Below, piece by piece: positions 36,403 through 46,147 of a stretch of 64,000 nt of DNA; position 1 is the stretch's first letter; each line of letters begins with the position of its first letter. A model generated the notes under the pieces. That model did not search any database. It was not told where the DNA came from and saw only the letters and a list, made by a program, of their open reading frames with translations. The stretch is from a virus. Position numbers and translations under genes: made by a program. Location: positions 1 to 64,000 of IMG/VR virus record IMGVR_UViG_3300045988_086533; one strand, 5' to 3'.

Positions 36403-39400
36403 ATGAATAAAAACTTATATATTTTCGACAATGATAAAAAATTACTAAAACTTATAAATACCACAAATACCAATAGTATAAAAGTATACGATGATACTTA
36501 TACTAGTGAACTTTTAACAGGGGCTGAAACTTATACAGCCTCTTTTAAAGTAAGTTACCAAGACCAACCAATATTTTTAGAAGGTAACTATATAGGATTT
36601 TACTGGCAGGACAATTTTAAATTAATGCAAATAAAGAAAACCACTAGTATTGAGCACATAGACGACGTAACTATTACTGTATATGCTGAGTTCATTGGTA
36701 TTGAATTATACAATAGTTATGTAGATAAATTCGTTGCAGACGGCACCGCCACAAAACTATTGGAAACTATATTAATGGATACTAATTACAAGGTAGGGTA
36801 TGTAAGTCCATCATTAGACGAGGAAGCCTTTAGAGTAGAGGCTACAGAAGTTACTAGTGTATATTCAGTTATACAAAATGCCACTTCAATATTATACGAG
36901 TGTGAGTGGCAATTTAGAACAGTGCCAGTGGACATAAAAAGAGGTAAATTTGACTTTTATGTAGATTGTTTTGCTAATGGTGAGAGAGGTACTAAGAGAT
37001 ATAAACGTTTTGAGAGTGATAGAAATAGTTATGGAATGAAACGTACCGGAGATATTACAAACTTTTGTAGTGGTATTATTCCAGTAGGGAAAAATGGACT
37101 TACTATTAGTGATGTAAAATGGGAAAAGGAACAAGGAGATCCAACAAATAAACCACTAGGACAAAATTATATATTTGATGAAAAGGCACATGAAATGCTT
37201 AATAATGGTGGTAAATATGTATTAATGAAATACAAAAGTGATGCCGATGATATATACACATTAATACACGAAGGGTATGCAAAATTAAAAGAACTAAATA
37301 AAACTAAATTCAGTTATGAAATTCCTGTATATATGACTGAACGTGACTATGAGGAAATTGATGTTGGTGATACTAACTACGTTGTAAGTAGAAAATTTAA
37401 TCCTCCAATTCAATTGGAAGCACGTATCACAGAATTTGAAATTAGTTTTACAGATAGAACTAAGAACAGTATAACTTTAGGCAACTATAAACAAATACGT
37501 AGTAAGATGAAGTCATTAAATAAAGATGATATAGTCAATGACGTAGTAGACATTATTAAAAAACACGGTAAATTAACAGCTAGTGACTTACTTGCAATTA
37601 GAAATTACCTTAACCAACTAGGCGTGGACAAAAAATTAATAGACAAACTTATTAAACAATATACAGACAAAGTAGTGCCAGACCCTATAAAACCTGGTGA
37701 TGATACAACCGACATAAGTGATGACACAGAGGATTATAGAGCAATAAATATAAAGAAAATAGACAATGGATTATGGATAGGAGATAGTAGAATTCATGAC
37801 TGTATAAAATATAAATGTGGAGAAATAAAAGGTAAAACACCTACTACTCAACCACAACCTGATAAAAAAGAAGATAGTAGTAAAACTGCAAAACAATATA
37901 AAGCAGCCGTAGATTATTATGCAGGATTTGGACTAGGTAAATGGAGTGATAAATATAGTGATGTTAGAAATATGAGAAGTAAATCTAACCATTGGAAAAT
38001 ATATGCTCCAGTTGAATATTACAGTAAAAAGTTTGGGCTTGATCCTCAACTAGTATATGCGATGATATACGCTGAGTCTAGTGCCAACCCATATGATGCT
38101 ACTAAGTATAGCGGCGGCGGATACGGTCTTATGCAATGCGAAAGAGCTGCTTATTTTAATAAAAAACAAAAGATTGAATATTTAGATGGTAAAGTTGAAT
38201 ACTTTACACCAAGTTACTCTAATATGAAACCTAAATCTTGTGGAACTAAAATAATAAATGGAGTAAAAGTAGATAAAGCTATATGTAACCAAATAATGTT
38301 TGGATGTAATGAACTTAGAAAATCATTAAAACGTTTTAAATGGAACATATTTGCAGCCTTGGTTGGTTATAACTTTGGTCTATATGGATGTGACTTATTA
38401 ATATGTAGATATGTAGCAATGAAAAATGGTTTATCATGGGTAAATAGATATGGTTATACAGTACAGAGTAGTAAAGTGCAGAAATTATACTTTGCAGAAC
38501 TTGAAAAATTAACTGCGGCATGGGCTGGTGGTAGAAAATGGTATGTAGAAAATAAAAAGGCAGGAACTGCTAATAATATTGAATGTTACCTTAGATGGTA
38601 CAAGGTAGTAGACGGTCAATTACCATACTGTATTGATGAAAAAGGTAAGAAAAGAGGTTATGGAGCAATAAAACCGGGCACATCAAATAAGAGTGCGGAA
38701 GCTACTGCCGTATCAACAGAGTCATCTATGGATAGAGCTGCAAGTGTTAAGAATGCTCCTACATGGAAAATAGAGGGTAACACAACTAATAAAAAAGGTG
38801 TTGCCGAAAATGTTAGAAAGAAAATAGTCAATAAGGCTAGAGAAATTTGTGACCTACACCAAAAGTATAAAAAAGCTACTTATTATGGCGGAGCATGTAT
38901 ATATGACGATAGTAAAAGATATAGAGTAAGTGGTACTATACATGGTATTAAAAATCCATACTGTTACGTGTGTTCTTCTCTTAGTAGTTGTGCCTATCTA
39001 TATGCAGGACTTAGAAGTGTAACTGCAAAATATGGTGGAGCCAACTGTGCATATGGTTCTTTAGTTAGATATGCTACAAAATATAGTGGATATACATTAA
39101 AGAAATTAACAAGTACCACTATCAATGAATTATTACCTGGTGACTTAATAATGCTAAGTAATGCCACAGTCCCTTCAAATGTAACTGTTGCTTGGGCATC
39201 AAAACCGGGTGGAGATAGTAAATATGCCAAAGCCGGTACTCACCACGTTGTTGTATATTGTGGTAAAGTTAATGGTAAACGTATGATAGCGCATGCTAGT
39301 GGAGGCCATAAGTGGCCAGATGCTATAAGATATGAAGATATGAGTATAACATATAGTAAAAGAGGTAGTATGACACACTGGTATACACATGGTATAATAC

Positions 39401-40956
39401 TTAGACCTTGGGACTTAGCAAGAGCTGATAAAGAAGCCAAAGTTAAAAATCAATCAGCTACTAAGCCAACACCTCCAAAAGACATAGTAGACGATGATGA
39501 CGGGGCAACTTATGAAGTTACATTTAAAGGACTTAATAGTGCAGCACCTAAAGACTTTGTAGAAGGCGGAAAACTTATTACTAATATTACGGTAAATGGA
39601 GTTACAGACAAAACGCCATACCCTAAGACTGTAAGTCATATAATGCTAGCTTTCGGAGTTCCCGCACTAGGGGATAATGTGGATAATGTTGTGGAAGATT
39701 ATCAATCACTTATAAAAGCACTATTGAAAAAGTATCCAAAGAAACCTATATTTGTATGTCAAGAACCTCGCTTAAGAAGTTCTCAATCTGGTAATTATCA
39801 ACAAATGAATGAGGCTATAGACTCACTTAATACTATGATGTTAGACTACTGTAACAAGACAAAATATGTAATATTTCTAAAGAAACCAAAGGATATGTGT
39901 GATACAACAGATAATCACTATTGGTTAAGTAGTTTAACTACTGACGGATATAGAATGAAAGACAAAGCATCTACTCAGACTTATTACAAAGAATATAAGA
40001 AGAAGATATTATACTTTGGAGAAGGAGCAGAATGGGAGAGCGACAGTGCAACTAGTAATAAGATGTTAGATAGTCAACGTGTATATACTTATAATAAACC
40101 ATTGAAAAAACTACAATTTAGGGTGCCAGCAACTTCATCCACTAACTACAATGATAGTTATTATGCACGTATTGTTTTCACTACTGCAAAAGGATTCAAG
40201 TTAATTCAACCTGACAGTGTATATTTAGAAGGTGTAGACTGTAAAAACGGAGTACTATTACCGAAGGAAAATACTACTTATATTGTATCAGTTTATTATA
40301 ACCCAGATACTACTATTAGTGATAAAGCGTATTTAGGAAGTGTTGGTGCTAAGAAAAAAGGTAGTAATTATGCACAACCATTATTTAAATATTCTAAGGA
40401 TTTAGTTAAAATTGCCAACAGTTACTACAATAATAATAGTAAGTTCAGTTATAATGCCACTACTCCTTGTGACTTTAAAAACCCAGCCGAAAATATCAGT
40501 AAATGGAAGGTGAATAATAAGTACCAAATTGATGACAGTTGTTTCCTTAACTACGTATTAACTGGATGGACTTATGAAAAATCTCCATATGGCAACGAAA
40601 AGAAAACTAATAATAATAGAAATAGTGATGTTAGCTGGGCAATTCCAAGCACTAGAAATGAGGCTAATATAGGGAAATATTTTGTACAAAAAAACTGGGT
40701 GGTAGACGTAGCAGACTTGGAAACATTTAAGAATTTAGCTATTGGTGATATTATATTTATGGATGCAGACAGTAAAAATAATGGTGAATTTATGGCTATA
40801 TCCCATACTGCAATAGTAATAGAAAAAGACAAAGCCGGAGATTATGTGGCACTTGAGTGCACAAATGGTTTAACCAATGGTGTATTTAGAAAAGTAAAAG
40901 TAAAGGACCTTACAAGTAAAAATATATTATTTGTAGGTAGATTTATGATAGGATAG
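36403..40956 (+). CDS. tail-associated lysin (Tal) with lytic transglycosylase and NlpC/P60 domains
   Basis: SLT motifs IYAESSANP...GLMQ...YNFG. NlpC/P60 motifs YVCSSLSSCAY, PGDLIM and HHVVVYCG. A second P60-like domain lies at the C-terminus (DDSCFLNYV, GDIIFMD, ISHTAIVI). Confidence 0.8.
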   Translation: MNKNLYIFDNDKKLLKLINTTNTNSIKVYDDTYTSELLTGAETYTASFKVSYQDQPIFLEGNYIGFYWQDNFKLMQIKKTTSIEHIDDVTITVYAEFIGIELYNSYVDKFVADGTATKLLETILMDTNYKVGYVSPSLDEEAFRVEATEVTSVYSVIQNATSILYECEWQFRTVPVDIKRGKFDFYVDCFANGERGTKRYKRFESDRNSYGMKRTGDITNFCSGIIPVGKNGLTISDVKWEKEQGDPTNKPLGQNYIFDEKAHEMLNNGGKYVLMKYKSDADDIYTLIHEGYAKLKELNKTKFSYEIPVYMTERDYEEIDVGDTNYVVSRKFNPPIQLEARITEFEISFTDRTKNSITLGNYKQIRSKMKSLNKDDIVNDVVDIIKKHGKLTASDLLAIRNYLNQLGVDKKLIDKLIKQYTDKVVPDPIKPGDDTTDISDDTEDYRAINIKKIDNGLWIGDSRIHDCIKYKCGEIKGKTPTTQPQPDKKEDSSKTAKQYKAAVDYYAGFGLGKWSDKYSDVRNMRSKSNHWKIYAPVEYYSKKFGLDPQLVYAMIYAESSANPYDATKYSGGGYGLMQCERAAYFNKKQKIEYLDGKVEYFTPSYSNMKPKSCGTKIINGVKVDKAICNQIMFGCNELRKSLKRFKWNIFAALVGYNFGLYGCDLLICRYVAMKNGLSWVNRYGYTVQSSKVQKLYFAELEKLTAAWAGGRKWYVENKKAGTANNIECYLRWYKVVDGQLPYCIDEKGKKRGYGAIKPGTSNKSAEATAVSTESSMDRAASVKNAPTWKIEGNTTNKKGVAENVRKKIVNKAREICDLHQKYKKATYYGGACIYDDSKRYRVSGTIHGIKNPYCYVCSSLSSCAYLYAGLRSVTAKYGGANCAYGSLVRYATKYSGYTLKKLTSTTINELLPGDLIMLSNATVPSNVTVAWASKPGGDSKYAKAGTHHVVVYCGKVNGKRMIAHASGGHKWPDAIRYEDMSITYSKRGSMTHWYTHGIILRPWDLARADKEAKVKNQSATKPTPPKDIVDDDDGATYEVTFKGLNSAAPKDFVEGGKLITNITVNGVTDKTPYPKTVSHIMLAFGVPALGDNVDNVVEDYQSLIKALLKKYPKKPIFVCQEPRLRSSQSGNYQQMNEAIDSLNTMMLDYCNKTKYVIFLKKPKDMCDTTDNHYWLSSLTTDGYRMKDKASTQTYYKEYKKKILYFGEGAEWESDSATSNKMLDSQRVYTYNKPLKKLQFRVPATSSTNYNDSYYARIVFTTAKGFKLIQPDSVYLEGVDCKNGVLLPKENTTYIVSVYYNPDTTISDKAYLGSVGAKKKGSNYAQPLFKYSKDLVKIANSYYNNNSKFSYNATTPCDFKNPAENISKWKVNNKYQIDDSCFLNYVLTGWTYEKSPYGNEKKTNNNRNSDVSWAIPSTRNEANIGKYFVQKNWVVDVADLETFKNLAIGDIIFMDADSKNNGEFMAISHTAIVIEKDKAGDYVALECTNGLTNGVFRKVKVKDLTSKNILFVGRFMIG

Positions 40957-40967
40957 GAGGGATTAAT

Positions 40968-43900
40968 ATGATTGGTGATGGACAAGAGCATGTTGATAGA
41001 CCCGTGTATGATGATGACGGTGAGATGATTGTGTGGCCAACACTAGATGATGACATGGAAGAATTTGCAGAGGAACCGGAAGTAGCTACTATAGCTGCTT
41101 CCGGTGATACTACAGAAGATGATACGTATTATGAAGTACCTGACACTGTAGAAGATGACCAAGATAGAATTGATGTGCAAGTTGAAGGTATAGAAGACGA
41201 AGAATGTGAGGATCCCAAAATAGGTGATATTCAACAAGCCGGAGAAGATTATAATGAGGCTATGGATAGAATTGTCGGTGTATTAATGCAAGCATTAAGT
41301 ACAGAAGAAATGACAGAGGAGATGAGTGCAGAACTACAAGACTCAACTAACAACATGGAAACTGCTAAACAAACTATAACTGATTTATGTGGTGACCCTG
41401 AAACAAAAGTATTACAAACTGACCCTGATACTAAAATTCCACAAAATCTACAAGAACTGTTAGAGACACTTACAAAAGATGGAAAGGCGCCATGGCTATA
41501 TATAGATGATGAAGGTAATTTATTATTAGATGGAGAAAGCGTACCCAAACTAAAAGTAGTAGAGTTAGAAGCACAAAAGATAAAAGCAGATTATGGTGAG
41601 TTTAAAGACCTTACCACTAAAAACTTTACGGCAGTTAATGCTAAAATTGATAATTTAGACGTAGGTAATTTAGATGCTATTAATGCAACTATAACAAATT
41701 TAAAAGCTACAGTAGCACAGATACAAACGCTAATAGGTGGAAACTTAACTATGGATAATATCCACTCTTTAGTATTAACAAGTGATAAAGTGACTATAGC
41801 TAATGCATTAATAAAAGATGCTATGATTGATACTGTTAGTGCCAATAAAATTAATACAGGTATTCTTAATACAAATAATGTGCAAATACAATCAAAAGAT
41901 GGAAGTATGTTATTGCAAGGCAATCTTCAACAATTTAAAGATGCCAAAGGCAATGTACGTATTCAAATAGGAAAAGATGCTAAAGGTAATTTTACATTTG
42001 TATTATATGATGAAACTGGTAAAGGTCAACTTATTAACCAGAACGGTATTCAATCAAGTGATGCTATAAAAGATGGATTAATAGTTGATAGTAAAGTAGC
42101 TGATAATGCTAATATAAGTGGAGGTAAATTAGATATTAGTAGTGTTATTAGTAGTATAAATAATAATACAAATACTATAAAAGCTAGTCATATTAAATTT
42201 GATGATACAGAACAAACACTGGACGTATCATTTAACCAACTTAAAAAGACAGTTGAAACTATAAAGGATGTTACTATTGGTGGAGATTTAAGTAGTGTTA
42301 TTGAACAAGTAAGTACAAATACAACTAACATAAGTATAGCACAAGGACAAATATCTACTCTTATTAGTAATACAACTATTACAAAACAAGATGGAACTGT
42401 AGTGCAGTTAAAAGATGCTTATAACAGTACAAAAGACACTGTAGATAAACATACAACTACAATAGGAAAATTAGAAACTAAGTATGAATCAGCATTAAAA
42501 ACAACTACAACAGAATACTACGTGTCTACTAGTAGTACTACTCAAACGGGAGGAAGTTGGGTTGAAACTACTCCTAAATGGGAAAAAGGAAAATATATAT
42601 GGCAAAGAATGAAATATACTTATGGCAATGGAAATATAACTTATTCTACTCCCGTATGTATTCAAGGCGCTAAAGGTGATAAAGGTGACCAAGGGGAAAA
42701 AGGTGATCAAGGTTTACAAGGTATACAGGGCGAACAAGGTGAACAAGGTATACCAGGAACACCTGGTAAAGACGGTACATCTGGTAAAGATGGTAAAACA
42801 ACATATTTCCATATAAAATACAGTGACAATGCAGATGGTAATCCAATGACTGAAACACCAAGTACTTATATAGGTACATATGTTGATTATAATGTGAATG
42901 ATAGTGCGGATTATAAGGCTTATAAATGGAGTAGATTTCAAGGTGTACAAGGTGAACAAGGTATACCAGGAACTGATGGTACCAACGGAAAAACTTATTA
43001 CCTACACATTAAATACAGTAATGATGGGGGTAAAACTTTTACTGCAAATAAAGGCGAAACTCCTGGAGCATATATAGGCGTTTACACTGATACAAACGAT
43101 AAAGATAGTGAGTCCGTTGCTGCATACACATGGAGTAAAATAAAAGGTGAACAAGGTGCAAAAGGTGATAAGGGTGATCCAGGTCTACAAGGTATACCAG
43201 GAACTGATGGTAAAGATGGTAAGACTTACTTTACATGGATTAGATATGCTGACACTATAGAGGGTAGCGGCATTAGTAATGACCCAACAGGTAAAACTTA
43301 TATAGGTTTTGCTTATAATAAAACAACTGCTACTGAAAGTAATACTCCTTCCGATTACACATGGAGTCTAATTAAAGGTGATAAAGGTGATACAGGTGTA
43401 AAAGGTGAAAATGGTAAGGATGGTAAAACTTATTACACTTGGATTAAATATAGTGATAATGCAGACGGAACAGGATTATATGATGCGCCAAAAGATACAA
43501 CAAAATATATAGGTATAGCAATAAATAAAACAACACCTACTGAAAGTAGTAATAAAACTGACTACACATGGAGTAAGTTTAGAGGAGATAATGGGGAACA
43601 AGGTGATAAAGGACAATCTCTAGTCAGTTCAGTTCCACAGTGGTATCTATCCACTAGTAAAACCGCCCAAGCCGGTGGTAGTTGGGTTGAAGATATGCCA
43701 CCTGTAACACAAGGTAAATACTTATGGTTAAGATATAAATTAACATGGGAAAACCCTTCACAAACTACTTATACAACACCAACATTAGAACAAGTGGCAG
43801 AACAAGTAAAAGATGTAACTAGTAAACAGTCAAAATTAGAACAATCATTGGATGGGTTTAAAATGACAGTGAGCGATACTTATGCAACAAAAGTAGGGTT

Positions 43901-43985
43901 GGATGAAGTAAAACAATCAATTCAAAATTTAGATGGTTACACTATAATACTTAGTAAAGAGTGTTTAGTAACTACATGTGATTAA
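40968..43985 (+). CDS. tail fibre protein with collagen-like repeats
   Basis: Acidic N-terminus, coiled coil, and five G-X-Y tracts alternating with conserved globular modules. Confidence 0.75.
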   Translation: MIGDGQEHVDRPVYDDDGEMIVWPTLDDDMEEFAEEPEVATIAASGDTTEDDTYYEVPDTVEDDQDRIDVQVEGIEDEECEDPKIGDIQQAGEDYNEAMDRIVGVLMQALSTEEMTEEMSAELQDSTNNMETAKQTITDLCGDPETKVLQTDPDTKIPQNLQELLETLTKDGKAPWLYIDDEGNLLLDGESVPKLKVVELEAQKIKADYGEFKDLTTKNFTAVNAKIDNLDVGNLDAINATITNLKATVAQIQTLIGGNLTMDNIHSLVLTSDKVTIANALIKDAMIDTVSANKINTGILNTNNVQIQSKDGSMLLQGNLQQFKDAKGNVRIQIGKDAKGNFTFVLYDETGKGQLINQNGIQSSDAIKDGLIVDSKVADNANISGGKLDISSVISSINNNTNTIKASHIKFDDTEQTLDVSFNQLKKTVETIKDVTIGGDLSSVIEQVSTNTTNISIAQGQISTLISNTTITKQDGTVVQLKDAYNSTKDTVDKHTTTIGKLETKYESALKTTTTEYYVSTSSTTQTGGSWVETTPKWEKGKYIWQRMKYTYGNGNITYSTPVCIQGAKGDKGDQGEKGDQGLQGIQGEQGEQGIPGTPGKDGTSGKDGKTTYFHIKYSDNADGNPMTETPSTYIGTYVDYNVNDSADYKAYKWSRFQGVQGEQGIPGTDGTNGKTYYLHIKYSNDGGKTFTANKGETPGAYIGVYTDTNDKDSESVAAYTWSKIKGEQGAKGDKGDPGLQGIPGTDGKDGKTYFTWIRYADTIEGSGISNDPTGKTYIGFAYNKTTATESNTPSDYTWSLIKGDKGDTGVKGENGKDGKTYYTWIKYSDNADGTGLYDAPKDTTKYIGIAINKTTPTESSNKTDYTWSKFRGDNGEQGDKGQSLVSSVPQWYLSTSKTAQAGGSWVEDMPPVTQGKYLWLRYKLTWENPSQTTYTTPTLEQVAEQVKDVTSKQSKLEQSLDGFKMTVSDTYATKVGLDEVKQSIQNLDGYTIILSKECLVTTCD
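42664..43620 (+). repeat. collagen-like G-X-Y tracts alternating with four modules of about 55 aa
   Basis: For example GAKGDKGDQGEKGDQGLQGIQGEQGEQGIPGTPGKDG. The modules read TY(F/Y)(H/T)(I/W)(K/R)Y(S/A)D...YIG...Y(K/T)WS(R/K/L)(F/I)(Q/K)G. Confidence 0.85.
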
Positions 43986-43997
43986 GGAGGTAATAAA

Positions 43998-46133
43998 ATG
44001 GCAAGTATAACAGTTTCAAGTAATCCCAGTACAACTGGGGATACATTAACAGTCAATTTTACAACGGATGCCACTAATATTACCGACATTTTACTGAGTA
44101 AGGACGGAGGTAGTACTTATATAAGTGCTACTTCCTTTACTAAGTCTAATGCCGTTTTTAATATTAGTGACTGGAGTAATGGTACATATGATAAATGTAA
44201 ATTAAAATGTGTGTACACTGAAAGTGGTGAAGGAACTACTCCTACTACTTATACAATAACTAATAATTTAACTAATTGTACTACTAGTAATACTCTTAAC
44301 TCTATAAAAGCTAATAGGATGTATGTTGCTACTATAACTCCTGATAGTGGATATAATTTATCAACTATAAAAGTTACTATGGGTGGTACAGATATAACAA
44401 GTAGTGTAGTAAGTGGTGATACTATAACTATTAGTAAAGTTACTGGAAATATAGTAATAACTGCTAAAGCTATTGAACAAAGTACTCCACCTGAAACATT
44501 AACTATAAGTAACATAGCAGATATAACACAAACTGAAAAAACAGAATTTTATATTCAATATACTACAAATATAGCAGTAGTAAAACATGAAGTGTCTTGG
44601 GATGGAGGAAAAACGTTCTATGATAAAACTAGTGACGTTACCGCAAGTGGTACAACTTACAAGTTTAAACACGATAACAAAGCTAGTGCAGGAAATTATA
44701 GTATGGCTATAAGAGTTACAACTGCTAAGGGTACAACTAAGACAAGTAATGTATTCAAAGTTACATTAACAAGTAGTGCAACTCCTGACCCAATCACTTT
44801 CACACAATATAAAAGAATTGATAATGGGGTAATCGTTGATACAACTGATGACACATACTACACTACAGTTAATAAGATAGCAGTAACTAGTGGTAAAACA
44901 TATGTACTTGATATAAGTCCTGTAAATTATGTGTGTATATGTTTCTATAATAGTAGCGATACTTATTTAGGTAATAACGGTGGTTTTGTAGAAGCTAATA
45001 CGCCTGAATGGTCAGTTGGTTCATTATCAACTTCATTTACAGTCCCTTCGGGAGCGTCTTATGTTAGACTATGTGGTACAGGTAATAAAGGACAACTTAC
45101 TGCAACAATAAAAGAAAGTGGCACTCCTACTCCTAACCCAAATCCTTCTGATTTACTAGATTCTACTGGAGCTTATGTAATAGATGATTTCTCAAGTAAT
45201 ACAGTAGATTCTAATAAATGGTCATATGAATTAGGGTATGTAAGAAATGGAGAAACTCAAAAATATACAAATACAAATGCAGTAGTTAATGATGGAATAT
45301 TAGCTTTAAGAGGTTTAAAAGCTAGTGATGGTTCTTGGACTTCTGCATCTATAATCTCTAAAGGACATTTTGCTTTCATGTATGGTAAGATAGTTGCTAG
45401 AGTTAGAGCTTGTAATTATAATGGTGCATTTGGTGCATTTTGGACTCTAGGAGATAGTTTTGAATTTGGATATAAAGAAAATGGTAATCCTGATACTTTA
45501 GGTGAATGGTGGGCATATTGTGGTGAGTTTGACGTAATGGAATTCTATAATGGAAAATTAACTTGTGGTACATTCTTTAATGAAAAAGAAGAAAGTGGAC
45601 GTGTATGGTATAATGATTATCCAACTGGTGACTGGCACGAATTCGCAATGGAATGGAAAACAGATGGTAGTTTAATTTTCTCTATAGATGGTCATGAGTT
45701 AAGTAGAACAAATGCTACTGATAATAGGGCATTCCATATACCTCACTTCATACTTTTAAATCAAGCAATTGGTGCTAGTGGTGGTACTCCTGATAGTAGT
45801 ACTACTGAAATTACACAATATGTAGACTGGGTAAAATATTATCCATTAAGTACTGATAATGTGGTATTAAATTCTAGTGATTTTACGCTAACAGCTATGG
45901 ATTGGAATGATAGTTCACATAACTGTATGGTAAGACCTACTTTTAATGACAATTGTATTAATAAATCATTAACATGGTCATCTAGTGATAGTGGATTAGT
46001 TTGGGTTCATAGTGGATTGTGTAATACTTATGCAGGAGCTAATGGTGAAGTAACAATAACTGCCACTTCACACAGTGGAGTATCTAAATCAATAACATTA
46101 ACAGTAAGTAATGGGACAATACGCGGTAAATAG
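43998..46133 (+). CDS. tail protein with a GH16-type glycoside hydrolase domain and a C-terminal Big_2-like domain
   Basis: GAFWTLG...GEFDVME (ExDxxE at 25... see 45525-45542) and WHEFAMEW...FSIDG. C-terminal LTWSSSDSG...VTITATS. Confidence 0.75.
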   Translation: MASITVSSNPSTTGDTLTVNFTTDATNITDILLSKDGGSTYISATSFTKSNAVFNISDWSNGTYDKCKLKCVYTESGEGTTPTTYTITNNLTNCTTSNTLNSIKANRMYVATITPDSGYNLSTIKVTMGGTDITSSVVSGDTITISKVTGNIVITAKAIEQSTPPETLTISNIADITQTEKTEFYIQYTTNIAVVKHEVSWDGGKTFYDKTSDVTASGTTYKFKHDNKASAGNYSMAIRVTTAKGTTKTSNVFKVTLTSSATPDPITFTQYKRIDNGVIVDTTDDTYYTTVNKIAVTSGKTYVLDISPVNYVCICFYNSSDTYLGNNGGFVEANTPEWSVGSLSTSFTVPSGASYVRLCGTGNKGQLTATIKESGTPTPNPNPSDLLDSTGAYVIDDFSSNTVDSNKWSYELGYVRNGETQKYTNTNAVVNDGILALRGLKASDGSWTSASIISKGHFAFMYGKIVARVRACNYNGAFGAFWTLGDSFEFGYKENGNPDTLGEWWAYCGEFDVMEFYNGKLTCGTFFNEKEESGRVWYNDYPTGDWHEFAMEWKTDGSLIFSIDGHELSRTNATDNRAFHIPHFILLNQAIGASGGTPDSSTTEITQYVDWVKYYPLSTDNVVLNSSDFTLTAMDWNDSSHNCMVRPTFNDNCINKSLTWSSSDSGLVWVHSGLCNTYAGANGEVTITATSHSGVSKSITLTVSNGTIRGK

Positions 46134-46147
46134 GAGAGTGATGAATA

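Noticed and set aside
42495-42959. Three overlapping - strand ORFs in the collagen-repeat region
   Set aside because: They arise from the GGT-rich G-X-Y periodicity of the + strand fibre gene.
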